From an uncultured Verrucomicrobia subdivision 3 bacterium (GTDB lineage Bacteria > Verrucomicrobiota > Verrucomicrobiia > Limisphaerales > UBA11358): a stretch of 63,766 bases of DNA. The position numbers and the translations under genes were made by a program. The stretch's first letter is position 1; each line of letters begins with the position of its first letter. Positions 44,329-53,681 of this stretch are shown piece after piece. A model generated the notes under the pieces. It was not told where the DNA came from and did no database searches. It was given only the letters and a program-made list of their open reading frames with translations. The stretch is from assembly GCA_903820285.1 (NCBI GenBank), contig CAIJGS010000008.1, forward strand, positions 1 through 63,766, given 5' to 3'.

Positions 44329-47082
44329 ATGAAAAAAACTGTTCAAAGCTTCGCGAATTACGTTCTCACCGGAGCAATGATGCTCTGCCTGCTTACCCTC
44401 ATGCCAGCGGCCCGCGCCGGCTGGGTAACCAATAATATCATGAGCACCGCGCGCAGCGGTCACGCAGCCATTCTGCTGCAAAATGGCAAGGTACTGGTGG
44501 CGGGCGGACTGACCATGAATGGCTGGACCAATAGTGCGGAACTGTTCGATCCGGCCACGGTCGCCTGGAGCAGTGCCAGCAACATGAATGCCGCCCGGCA
44601 ATATTTCACGGCCACGCTGATGACCAATGGAAAGGTGCTGGTTTCCGGCGGACAGAACTACGAAACCGTGCTGGCCTCGACCGAATCTTTTGACCCGGTC
44701 AGTGGAAGATGGAGCAATGGCAGCTCATTGAACACCGCTCGCTTTCATCATACCGCGACGTTATTACCCAATGGGCAGATCCTGGTGACCGGCGGCACCA
44801 ATATGGGGGGAACACTGGCGAGCACAGAGTTATTTGATCCGGCCAGCGGAACCTGGCGGCTGACCGGGGCAATGAATCAGGCCCGCCAGCAACATACGGC
44901 CACGCTGCTGGGCAATGGCGTAGTATTGGTTGCCGGCGGTTATGGAACGAACGGCACCTATCTGGCCAGCGCAGAAATATACAATCCCGCCACGGGTTTG
45001 TGGCTGCTCACCAATTCACTGAATGTGGCGCGATTTTCCCATACGGCTACGCTGCTGCCCGGCGGAAAGGTGCTGGTGACAGGCGGGGCGATCAGCAACT
45101 CGCCTTACCAGACGGCCAGCACGGAAGTTTTCGATCCGGTCAGCGGCACGTGGAGCCTGTCCGGGTCGCTCACCTACGCCCGGCAAAGACATACCGCGAC
45201 CCTGTTGCCCTGCGGGTTGATAATGGCCTGCGGCGGTTACGGCTTGCTGACATCCACCAATACACTCAATGTGCCTACGCCGGAAGTTTACAACCCGGCC
45301 ACGGGTACCTGGTCGACCACCAATGCCAATATTTCGGCGCGGAATGAACATACCGCGACCTTGCTGCCCAATGGCAGTCTGCTGCTCACCGGCGGCAATA
45401 CGGTGATATCCAACTTCATTGCTTCCACGGTGGAAACCTATTCGTATGTAAAAGGTACGAATCTGCTGCTGCTACCCGGCTCCGCCGGGCCGGCCTGGTA
45501 TGATCCGACGGCAACGCTGCTGCCCAACGGGCAGCTGCTGGTAGCAGGGGGAGTTGCCGGGAATGGGCCGATCAATCTGGCGGAAACGTTTGATTCTGCC
45601 AGTGAAACCTGGAGTCCGACCGGCACCATGAACACAGCCCGCACCAAGCATACCGCGACCATGCTCCCGGGTGGCCAGGTGCTGGTCACCGGCGGTTATA
45701 CACTCGTTGGCGACACAAAGAATTGTCTGAATACGGCCGAATTGTTTGACCCGACCAAGTCGCTTTGGATGGTGACTAATGCGCTGAATGTCAGCCGGGA
45801 AAATCATACGGCAACGCTGCTGCCGAATGGCAAGGTGCTGGTGGCAGGCGGCGACAATACCACCAACGGCCGGCTGGCGAGTGCGGAGCTCTACGATCCG
45901 CTCGTCGGAGCGTGGACACTGACCGGCAGCATGAATGCGGGTCGGACCAATCACACCGCCACCCTGCTTCCCGGGGGCAAGGTATTGGTGACGGGCGGCT
46001 CCGCCTTGGCTTCCACCAATATCGCCGCCGAACTTTACGATCCGGTAACCGGAGCCTGGTCCATCACCGGGCCCATGAGTGTGAATCGCGCGAATCATAC
46101 GGCAACTCTTCTGCCAAACGGGAATGTGCTGGTGACCGGCGGATACAATTTGAACACCGCCGCCACCGGGTCGGTGGCCAGCGCGGAAATATACCTTGCC
46201 GCCAGCGGCAAATGGACGAATGCCGGCGTCATGAGCGTGAACCGGGCGCAACATACCGCGACCTTGCTGCCAAACGGAAAGGTCCTCATCACCGGTGGCT
46301 ACAGCTACTACACCCTTGGTCTAAACACCAATGCTTCGGTGGTTACAAATGTGGATTTGTTTGATCCGCTGACTTCGACCTGGACGACCCTGCCCAAACT
46401 CAATACGGCGCGCTATGGCCATGTGGCCGCCTTGTTGAACGATCGCAACGTGTTGATTGCCAGCGGGGCCAATAACAACGGCGGGGTGGGCACGGTGGAG
46501 CTCTGGAACCTTGGACTGGGCTACACCAACACATCCCAGCCGCAGATAACCGGCATCATTCCCCCGCTGGGCTTAAACAGCAGCCTGGTGGTGACCGGCA
46601 CGCAATTTCGCGGCGTGGCGGAAGGCTCCGGCGGCAGCACGCAGGATTCAGCCACGGATTATCCGCTGGTGGAATTACACAGTCTCGTGAATGATCAAAC
46701 GACTTTTCTGCCGATCACCAACTGGACGGCAACTTCGCTCAGCTCGGCACCGGTCACCAACTTTCCGCCCGGCTGGGCATTGGCGACGATCATTGCCAAT
46801 GGCATTCCGGGCACCAGCAGTGTCGTCAACATCAGTGTGCCGGTGGCGGTAACCACGACCATAATCAGTGGCAAAATGAACGTCAGCCGGGCGTTTCAGT
46901 TGAGCTTCACCAATACGCCGGGGGCGTTGCTCGGTGTGTTGGCGACCACCAATGTGGCGGCACCGTTAAGCAACTGGACAAAGCTGAGTGGCGTGACGGA
47001 ATCGCCCGCAGGGCAGTTCCAGTTTGTTGATTATCAGGCGACGAACACTGCGCAGCGGTACTACCGGGTCTTTGCGCCCTGA
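44329..47082 (+). CDS. Secreted Kelch-repeat (galactose-oxidase-like beta-propeller) protein, about 17 blades
   Basis: 917 aa with a signal peptide. The unit R..HTATLLPNGKVLVTGG...ASAELYDP..G.W is iterated throughout. The C-terminal module ends QRYYRVFAP. Confidence 0.85.
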   Translation: MKKTVQSFANYVLTGAMMLCLLTLMPAARAGWVTNNIMSTARSGHAAILLQNGKVLVAGGLTMNGWTNSAELFDPATVAWSSASNMNAARQYFTATLMTNGKVLVSGGQNYETVLASTESFDPVSGRWSNGSSLNTARFHHTATLLPNGQILVTGGTNMGGTLASTELFDPASGTWRLTGAMNQARQQHTATLLGNGVVLVAGGYGTNGTYLASAEIYNPATGLWLLTNSLNVARFSHTATLLPGGKVLVTGGAISNSPYQTASTEVFDPVSGTWSLSGSLTYARQRHTATLLPCGLIMACGGYGLLTSTNTLNVPTPEVYNPATGTWSTTNANISARNEHTATLLPNGSLLLTGGNTVISNFIASTVETYSYVKGTNLLLLPGSAGPAWYDPTATLLPNGQLLVAGGVAGNGPINLAETFDSASETWSPTGTMNTARTKHTATMLPGGQVLVTGGYTLVGDTKNCLNTAELFDPTKSLWMVTNALNVSRENHTATLLPNGKVLVAGGDNTTNGRLASAELYDPLVGAWTLTGSMNAGRTNHTATLLPGGKVLVTGGSALASTNIAAELYDPVTGAWSITGPMSVNRANHTATLLPNGNVLVTGGYNLNTAATGSVASAEIYLAASGKWTNAGVMSVNRAQHTATLLPNGKVLITGGYSYYTLGLNTNASVVTNVDLFDPLTSTWTTLPKLNTARYGHVAALLNDRNVLIASGANNNGGVGTVELWNLGLGYTNTSQPQITGIIPPLGLNSSLVVTGTQFRGVAEGSGGSTQDSATDYPLVELHSLVNDQTTFLPITNWTATSLSSAPVTNFPPGWALATIIANGIPGTSSVVNISVPVAVTTTIISGKMNVSRAFQLSFTNTPGALLGVLATTNVAAPLSNWTKLSGVTESPAGQFQFVDYQATNTAQRYYRVFAP

Positions 47083-47094
47083 GGCGGCGAATAT

Positions 47095-47958
47095 TTACGG
47101 ACGATCCACCGTAATCCCCAACACATCCGCCACGGCTCGTTCACGGCCGTCGGTGGGTTCGTTGAGGATTTTCATTTTGCCGGTGGCGGGGTCGCGCACG
47201 GCCATGGCGGAGCTGCCACCGCCATCGAGGTTCAGGGCCACGTTACAGCCGAGGCGCTGCATTTCCGCACCCAATTCATCATAGCTCATGCCGTTGGCGA
47301 TGCCGGGCTTGCGGCCATCCACCAACAGGATGATAAGTTTTGTGCCGGTGGCATCGAGGCCGACGGCGGTGCGCGGATGGTGAATGATGTTTTTATGAGG
47401 TATGACCTGCCCTTTCAGCACCAGGACGGTATTGCCGCCGATCACCTGCCAGTCGTTGGGAGGGGGCAGCGAAACGGCTTCGATGGCCACCGATCCGTTG
47501 GTGTGCACGACCAGACAGGGCCGGGCGTTGGTGCTGGTGGACCAGACGTGTCCGTCGGTGACGGCGGGGCCTTCGGTGAGGGCCCATTGAGCGGCGCGAA
47601 AGGCTGACTTGGCACCTTCGGCATCGTTGACACCCTGGGCGATGAAGAAATCACCGTTGATGACGAAGTCGAATTTCTCCCGGTCGGCGATGCGAGTGGG
47701 CTCCATGAGGGTGGTCTCCCATTTGCCGGGGCCGTCGGGGTCGGGGCCACCGGGAGCCACGCGCAGGTGCAGGTGGGGGGTGGTGAGGTCCACTTCAGCG
47801 ACGAAGAAGCGCGTGGGTGGGTTGGTGCGGGTTTCCTCGTGAAAGGTAATGCCGGGGATCGGCTGATTGGTCAGGAGCTCGGTGACTTCGGCGCGTGAGG
47901 CTGGAGCCGGGGCGATGAGCGCAAAGCCAAGCCAGACAGATTTAAAAAAAATTCTCAT
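47095..47958 (-). CDS. Phosphodiester glycosidase (NAGPA/DUF2233) family protein
   Basis: ORF track gives 47095..48003. The signal peptide MRIFFKSVWLGFALIAPAPASRA starts at 47958. ALNLDGGGSSAMAV is the signature. Confidence 0.75.
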   Translation of the reverse strand: MRIFFKSVWLGFALIAPAPASRAEVTELLTNQPIPGITFHEETRTNPPTRFFVAEVDLTTPHLHLRVAPGGPDPDGPGKWETTLMEPTRIADREKFDFVINGDFFIAQGVNDAEGAKSAFRAAQWALTEGPAVTDGHVWSTSTNARPCLVVHTNGSVAIEAVSLPPPNDWQVIGGNTVLVLKGQVIPHKNIIHHPRTAVGLDATGTKLIILLVDGRKPGIANGMSYDELGAEMQRLGCNVALNLDGGGSSAMAVRDPATGKMKILNEPTDGRERAVADVLGITVDRP

Positions 47959-48177
47959 TGTTTTACCGTCAACCATCAGCGGGTGATGATCGGCAGGTGA
48001 CACACTAACGTTGCCCAGGGTATCAATTCAAGCGGCAAAGGGTGACGATTTTGCGACAGGAACAAAAGGCTGGGTGGCCAGGCAATTTTTCCGATGCATT
48101 CGGGCGGCGTTTGAATTAATCTGCGCAGAGGAAAAAGGATCAAACCAATAAAGTAATATTGCGCAGTCGATAACCAT

Positions 48178-48576
48178 ATGAAAAAAACGTTCATTTTGAT
48201 TTCATTGCTCGTCCCGCTCATTAGTTGGGCAGCGGATTCCACCAACAGTCCGGCACCCGCCAAGATAGGGACCAAGGCAGCCATTGACCATTACGACCAG
48301 TTGCTGACGGTGACCGGCACGGTGGCGCAGGTAACGATCCGGCCGGCGATTGTGTTCATCAATCTGGACCAGCCGTACCCGGATTCCCCGTTTGCGGCGG
48401 TCATCCATCCGGACGCGACCAACCAGTTTGGGGATCTGAAGGCGCTGAAGGGCAAGTCAGTGGAGATCACGGGCAAGATCAAGAATTACCATGACCATCC
48501 GGAAATCATCATGGACCATACGAACCAATTGGTGGTGGTGACGGGGACGCTGACGACCAACGCACCGGCCAAATAA
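48178..48576 (+). CDS. Small secreted protein, OB-fold-like, unknown function
   Basis: 132 aa. Signal peptide MKKTFILISLLVPLISWA. TVTGTVAQVTIRPAIVFINLDQPYP...KSVEITGKIKNYHDHPEII. No family was confidently recognised. Confidence 0.6.
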   Translation: MKKTFILISLLVPLISWAADSTNSPAPAKIGTKAAIDHYDQLLTVTGTVAQVTIRPAIVFINLDQPYPDSPFAAVIHPDATNQFGDLKALKGKSVEITGKIKNYHDHPEIIMDHTNQLVVVTGTLTTNAPAK

Positions 48577-48579
48577 AAT

Positions 48580-48642
48580 AACATCGAACACCCAACATCG
48601 AACACCCAACATCGAACGCCCAACATCGAACGCCCAACATCC
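48580..48642. repeat. 4.5 tandem copies of a 14-mer AACATCGAACRCCC
   Basis: aacatcgaacaccc x2, aacatcgaacgccc x2, then aacatcc. Located between convergent genes. Shares the AACATCS core with 16366-16414. Confidence 0.9.
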
Positions 48643-48656
48643 AAAGATACGACGGC

Positions 48657-50003
48657 CTACTGGGTCATGGCCCGATAGAAGCGATGGGAGTTGGTGGCTA
48701 CGTCCGTGAACTGGTTGGTGCCGGTGGTGAACACGAGATTGGTTAATACAAACCAGGCCGGCGGCAGATTGGTGGAGAATTGAATCTGGACAGTGGGGGC
48801 CGCCGTGCCGGTAACGGTGGCTTGGAAAATGTGATTGGAGACGGACAGGTTCCGTAACATTAGCGCAGCGGGCAGCGTCAGTTTGAAGACGGTGCCATCG
48901 TCAAAAGTTCCGCCGTAGTAGGTGGTGCCGTAAAGATTTCCATCATTCCCCATGACCACCCCGGCTTTCGGATAGGCTCCATTGGTGGTAGAAAAACTGG
49001 CCAGCAAGGTAATCACCCCGCTAGTCGTAACTTTAAAGACAGTGCCGGAACCATCGTTGGTGCCCCCCAAAAAAGTGCTGCCATAGAAAGCACCGTCACC
49101 GCTGGGAATCAAGGCGCCAACCGGATACTCACCATTATTGCCGTTGAAACTGGCCAGCGTGGTCAATACGCCGTTGGTGGTGGTCTTAAAAACCATGCCC
49201 AGGTTGTTGCTGCCGCCAAACTCGGTGGTCCCATAAAAAAAACCGTCACTGCCCAACGCAAGTCCGGCATTGGGATAATTCCCATTGGTACCGCCAAAAT
49301 AAAATAACGGCGTCAGCACACCATTGGTGGTCACCTTGAAGATGGTGCCATACCCGTTACCGCTATTCAGATTGGTGCGCCCACCATACGGAGTAACACC
49401 GTAAAACGCGCCGTCGTTGCCGCGGGCCAGCAAGGCATTGGGAAAGGCGCCGTTGCCATTGGTAAAACTGGTGAGGGTGAATAAGGCACCCCCGGTGGTC
49501 AATTTACAGACCGTACCGTAGCCATTACCAGCGATTCCGCGTGAAGTGGTGGAATACAGGCTGCCATCGTTGCCGAACTGCCAATCCGCCTGCGGGGAAG
49601 TGCCGTTGGTGCCGCCGAAGCTGGCCAGCAAGGTCAGGGTGCCATTGGTGGTCACCTGAAAAGCCGTGCCGTACCCATTGGCGCCCCCCGAATTGGCGGT
49701 ACCATACAAAATACCATTGGTCCCCTGGGCCAGGCCGGCGTCCGGACTAATGCCGGTCGCGCCATTCAATGCCGCTAGAGTCGTCACACTGCCACTGGGG
49801 GAAACTTTGAACACGATGCCGTCGCCATTGGTTCCGCCGTTTACGGTCGTGCCATACAGCGAACCATCCTTGCCCAGCACCAGCCGACCGAGGGGATTGG
49901 CGCCGTTGGTATTGTTGAAATGACAGAGGGTCGTAAGCACGGGCTGAGCCGTGGCGGTGAGGGCCAGCAGGGTGGCGCCAAAGATCGTTGCCAGCAATTT
50001 CAT
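48657..50003 (-). CDS. Secreted Gloeo_Verruco (GloVer) repeat protein
   Basis: ORF track gives 48657..50063. The signal peptide MKLLATIFGATLLALTATAQ starts at 50003. About 9 units of G.LYGTT..GG..G.GTVFK(V/L)T..G. The C-terminus is VQIQFSTNLPPAWFVL...HRFYRAMTQ. Confidence 0.8.
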   Translation of the reverse strand: MKLLATIFGATLLALTATAQPVLTTLCHFNNTNGANPLGRLVLGKDGSLYGTTVNGGTNGDGIVFKVSPSGSVTTLAALNGATGISPDAGLAQGTNGILYGTANSGGANGYGTAFQVTTNGTLTLLASFGGTNGTSPQADWQFGNDGSLYSTTSRGIAGNGYGTVCKLTTGGALFTLTSFTNGNGAFPNALLARGNDGAFYGVTPYGGRTNLNSGNGYGTIFKVTTNGVLTPLFYFGGTNGNYPNAGLALGSDGFFYGTTEFGGSNNLGMVFKTTTNGVLTTLASFNGNNGEYPVGALIPSGDGAFYGSTFLGGTNDGSGTVFKVTTSGVITLLASFSTTNGAYPKAGVVMGNDGNLYGTTYYGGTFDDGTVFKLTLPAALMLRNLSVSNHIFQATVTGTAAPTVQIQFSTNLPPAWFVLTNLVFTTGTNQFTDVATNSHRFYRAMTQ

Positions 50004-50096
50004 GTTGTTACGAATTACCCGAAATAAAGTGATGTTACCGGAGATGGAATCGCATAATTTCACATCAAGTCAAGGTTCAATCGGCACCGGGCAAAA

Positions 50097-50951
50097 TCAG
50101 TTGGCGGGGGCGAAGGGATTCTTCGTGGGCGGGGGCGCGCCGCGCCGGAGAAACAGCGGGGCCACAAAAAGATAAATCCAGCCCAGGATAAGGTGCAGGC
50201 CAAAAATGTAGAGCAACTGCACCAGATCGCAGACGCCGAGTTCGTAGAGGACCAAGGTGGTGGAAAGGAGCAGCGCGCCGGGCATGAGGGCGGCTCCGGC
50301 CAGCCGCCAGGCACCGAAGAGACTGACATCGCGATCGCAAAAATAACAGATGATCCAAACGGGCAGGCAATAAACCGTGGCAAGCACGGACCAAGTTAGC
50401 AGGAGGGTCAGAAATGTGCCGATGGTGGCCAGCACCAGGATATCCGGACGCCACGCTTCCCAGAGCGGCTTGAGGTCGGTCTTGTTGGCGGGAATGTAGG
50501 TGCCGGGGGCGTAATCAGGCGGGTAAAAAAGTTCGGCCGGGCTGAACAGGGAAAGGATGACCACTGAATTGGTGCCAAACTCAAACTGAAAATCGGCGGG
50601 GGAACGGATGTCGCCCACGTGTTCCAGATCCACAATGAAGGCGAGGATGCCGCCCTCGGCCAACAACTCGGGGGATTCATCATGCCATTCCAGGCGTCCA
50701 TGAAGGATGCGGCCCTGAGCGGGGAGCGCGTCCACCGCGTCATCCACGGTAGGGAAAATGCCCTCGTCCAAAAAACAGAAGACCGTGGCGGCGGCGAAGA
50801 CAGCGACGAGGGCCTGTACGAAAAACAGCCGGCCAAACGAGGTGCGAGCGAACGCCGCCACGCCGCGAGGCGTGATGGGCTCCCAGGCACAGGCTGGCTC
50901 GGTAAAGGCACTCACAGGCCGGATTCTAGCGAGAATGGCGGCCGGCTTCAA
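50097..50951 (-). CDS. Integral membrane protein, unknown function
   Basis: 284 aa. One N-terminal TM, about 110-aa loop, then about 4 C-terminal TM. No family recognised. Confidence 0.55.
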   Translation of the reverse strand: MKPAAILARIRPVSAFTEPACAWEPITPRGVAAFARTSFGRLFFVQALVAVFAAATVFCFLDEGIFPTVDDAVDALPAQGRILHGRLEWHDESPELLAEGGILAFIVDLEHVGDIRSPADFQFEFGTNSVVILSLFSPAELFYPPDYAPGTYIPANKTDLKPLWEAWRPDILVLATIGTFLTLLLTWSVLATVYCLPVWIICYFCDRDVSLFGAWRLAGAALMPGALLLSTTLVLYELGVCDLVQLLYIFGLHLILGWIYLFVAPLFLRRGAPPPTKNPFAPAN

Positions 50952-51051
50952 TCATTGGTGACAGGCAGCGGCCTGGGCAATGGGAGTTCAACGCAGAGCC
51001 GCACAGAGAGCGGAGTTACGAAGAGAGGCCAGTGACATCAATCATCGCGCG

Positions 51052-51091
51052 GCCCAAAAACAAAACCCCTCGCCAGGATGCCAGCGAGGGG
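51052..51091 (-). terminator. Rho-independent terminator after the 51111..51542 gene
   Basis: Minus-sense sequence is CCCCTCGC-tggcatcctg-GCGAGGGG followed by TTTTGTTTTT. Confidence 0.7.
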
Positions 51092-51110
51092 TGAAGAATC
51101 AACGGACCGT

Positions 51111-51542
51111 TCAGGCCTTCGGAGCGTTCGGCGCGCCGGGGGCGGGCTGCGGCGTGTGCACCACGGGCAGCGGATAGCGCAATTTCATGACATCGTCCAC
51201 GAGCACTTCGATGTAGTAGGTGCCGGCGGTTTCGAATTTTACATTGGCGAAAAACAGGACGTTGGTGGCGCTGAGGACGGGGTCGCGCAGTTCAAATTTC
51301 ATTTCGCCCTTGCTGATCACAGTGGTCTGATCGGGTCCGATCAGGCGGATGCTTTCCGTGAACTGGCCGAGACCGGCGGTCCAGCGGTTGAATACACAAA
51401 TACGGCCGGCGACGATGGGGATCTGCGGCACGCGGAGCAGATTGACGACACCGATGAGGAAGAGGTTGCCGTTGGCTTCCTGGCGGACTTCCTCACAGAG
51501 GAGTGAGCATTGGAGATCGGGGAGAATACGGGTGGCTTGCAT
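51111..51542 (-). CDS. Conserved hypothetical cytoplasmic protein (143 aa)
   Basis: Clean ORF, protein-like composition, own terminator. LLCEEVRQEANGNLFLIGVVNLL...YYIEVLVDDVMKLRYPLPV. The family is not confidently recalled. Confidence 0.6.
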   Translation of the reverse strand: MQATRILPDLQCSLLCEEVRQEANGNLFLIGVVNLLRVPQIPIVAGRICVFNRWTAGLGQFTESIRLIGPDQTTVISKGEMKFELRDPVLSATNVLFFANVKFETAGTYYIEVLVDDVMKLRYPLPVVHTPQPAPGAPNAPKA

Positions 51543-51570
51543 GATGTAACGATGCGACGGTTGGTTGTTT

Positions 51571-52455
51571 TTAGAGTTTGGCCTCAGCGGCCCGGACAGT
51601 GTTTTGCAGCAGCATGGCGATGGTCATGGGACCGACGCCGCCGGGATTGGGGGTGATCCGGCCGGCGATGGGCTGCACTTCGGCAAAGGCGACGTCGCCA
51701 ACCAGTTTGGTACCGGATTTGGCGGTGGCATCAGGCACGCGGTTCACACCCACGTCCATGATGATGGCACCGGGCTTGACCATGTCGGCCTTCACAAATT
51801 CAGCCACGCCGATGGCGGCGACGATGATGTCCGCACGCCGGCAATGGGCTTTGATATCCTGGGTAGCCGAATGGCAGATCGTGACTGTGCTGTTCGCACG
51901 GCCGCCTTTCTGGCAGAGCATGGCGGCCATGGGTTTGCCGACGATATTACCGCGACCAAGAATGACCACTTCCGCACCGGAGGTTTTCACACCGGAACGA
52001 ACGAGCAATTCCACGACACCAGCAGGTGTACAGGGCTTGAAGCCGGTTTCATCACCCAGCATGAGCTTGCCGACGTTGACGGGATGGAAGCCATCCACAT
52101 CTTTTTCCGGCAGCACGCTGGAATAAATCACGGACTCGCGAATCTGCTTGGGGAGCGGCGCCTGCACCAGAATGCCGTGCAAATGACTGGCGGCATTCAG
52201 ACGGGCCAGCAACGTGAGCAAATCGGCCTCGCTGGTGGCTTCGGGCAGGACATGCGTTTCGGAAACGATGCCCAGTTCGGCGCAGACTTTTTCCTTGCGG
52301 CCGACATAGACCTTGGAGGCGGGGTCTTCCCCTACCCGCACAAAGGCCAGCCCGGGAACGATTCCCTTCGTTTTTAATTCCGCAACCCGGGCAGTCAGCT
52401 CACGCTGAATCTGCGCAGCGATGGCGCGGCCATCAATGAGATTGTCGAGAGCCAT
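51571..52455 (-). CDS. folD: Bifunctional methylenetetrahydrofolate dehydrogenase/cyclohydrolase
   Basis: 294 aa. GLAFVRVGEDPASKVYVGRK...VILGRGNIVGKPMAAML...ITPNPGGVGPMTIAMLL. Confidence 0.95.
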   Translation of the reverse strand: MALDNLIDGRAIAAQIQRELTARVAELKTKGIVPGLAFVRVGEDPASKVYVGRKEKVCAELGIVSETHVLPEATSEADLLTLLARLNAASHLHGILVQAPLPKQIRESVIYSSVLPEKDVDGFHPVNVGKLMLGDETGFKPCTPAGVVELLVRSGVKTSGAEVVILGRGNIVGKPMAAMLCQKGGRANSTVTICHSATQDIKAHCRRADIIVAAIGVAEFVKADMVKPGAIIMDVGVNRVPDATAKSGTKLVGDVAFAEVQPIAGRITPNPGGVGPMTIAMLLQNTVRAAEAKL

Positions 52456-53681
52456 TACTCAACCACTTGGATGCGTTGAATGGTCAGCAGCGGCGTGTCT
52501 TTCCAACGCGCGGCGAGGCTTTCCTCACCGGTCACGATCACGTGCAGGCCCTTGTAATGGGAGAGATCCAGATTCGTGGTGGTGGTGTAGAGATAGTTGA
52601 TTTCGCGGCCGCTCACCTGGTCATCCAGCTGATAATAGGTAGGGGCGATGATGCTGCGGACATTATGCACGATGCCTTCGTGGGTGACGATGCGGGGCGG
52701 CTGGTTGGTTTCCTCATCAGATGCAACAACCGGAATGGCATTGGTCGGAGGAGTCACGGCGGCAACAGCGTTGGAGTCGGCCACCGGGGTTACCGGAGGC
52801 GTGACGGCAGCGGTGTTGGTGTCCGTAACGGTCGCAACGGGCGTCGTCACGATCGGCGGGGCATCAGCCACGGTGTTAGTCGTGGTCGGCACGGCCGGGA
52901 TGGCGGGAGCCACCGGCGTGGTGTTCTCCACCGTCGGGGTCGGCGTCGGTGTCACGATCGTGGCCACGGGTTCGGTCGGCGTGGCGGACGGCTTGAGCAG
53001 GGAAGCGGCTACAAAGGCGTAGGCATTGGTCGGGGCATCAATCTGCAACCATTCGCCCTTGGCAGACACCTGATTGATGGGAGCGCCCTGTTCGAGCACC
53101 CCGAGGACACTGAAATTTTCACCGGCACCGCCGCGGACATTCAATTTCTTGGCGGAAACGACCTTGTTGGTGGCATCCACAAACTTGGCATTGACCCAGA
53201 CTTTGACATCGGCGGGCAAGGCGATCTTGGCCCATTGGGCGGGCTCATCGGCCGGATGCTTGTCGAGCGTGATTTCGGCGATCACGGTAACCTTGTCACC
53301 TTTTTTGAGGTGGGCAATGACTTCGCCTTTGACGCCGGCCTGACCGCGGACATTGACGTGGTCGGTGGCGACTTCGGCGTCACCGGGCAGCAGGGTAACC
53401 GGGAGTTCGGGGGTGGCGGCAACTTCCGACTTGGCCACGGCGGTCTTTTTGGCCTTGGTGGCGGCTTTGGCGACCTTCTTCTTGGCGGCGGTTTTCTTGT
53501 GCTTCACCGCGGCTTTCTTGGCCGGGGCATTGGTGGTGACGGGGGCCACGATGGTCGTGGCCGGCGGCACGGGCACCGTAACAGCCGGCGTGGGCACGAC
53601 CGGCGCTGAATTCGTATTCACCTGGGCCACGGCACTCGTGGCGATCATCACTCCCAGAACCAACCAACAGTTCGTTTTCAT
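52455..53681 (-). CDS. Secreted SH3b-domain protein with Lys/Ala-rich and Pro/Thr/Val-rich low-complexity regions
   Basis: ORF track gives 52455..53729. The signal peptide MKTNCWLVLGVMIATSAVAQ starts at 53681. Two VNVRGQAG../LNVRGGAG.. SH3b-like units. The stop overlaps the folD start by 1 nt (TAATG). Confidence 0.7.
   Translation of the reverse strand: MKTNCWLVLGVMIATSAVAQVNTNSAPVVPTPAVTVPVPPATTIVAPVTTNAPAKKAAVKHKKTAAKKKVAKAATKAKKTAVAKSEVAATPELPVTLLPGDAEVATDHVNVRGQAGVKGEVIAHLKKGDKVTVIAEITLDKHPADEPAQWAKIALPADVKVWVNAKFVDATNKVVSAKKLNVRGGAGENFSVLGVLEQGAPINQVSAKGEWLQIDAPTNAYAFVAASLLKPSATPTEPVATIVTPTPTPTVENTTPVAPAIPAVPTTTNTVADAPPIVTTPVATVTDTNTAAVTPPVTPVADSNAVAAVTPPTNAIPVVASDEETNQPPRIVTHEGIVHNVRSIIAPTYYQLDDQVSGREINYLYTTTTNLDLSHYKGLHVIVTGEESLAARWKDTPLLTIQRIQVVE

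Noticed and set aside
48580-48642. Possible CRISPR array (also considered for 16366-16414).
   Set aside because: The repeats are 7 or 14 nt and directly abutting, with no spacers. No cas genes are in the window. These are microsatellite/minisatellite-type tandem repeats.
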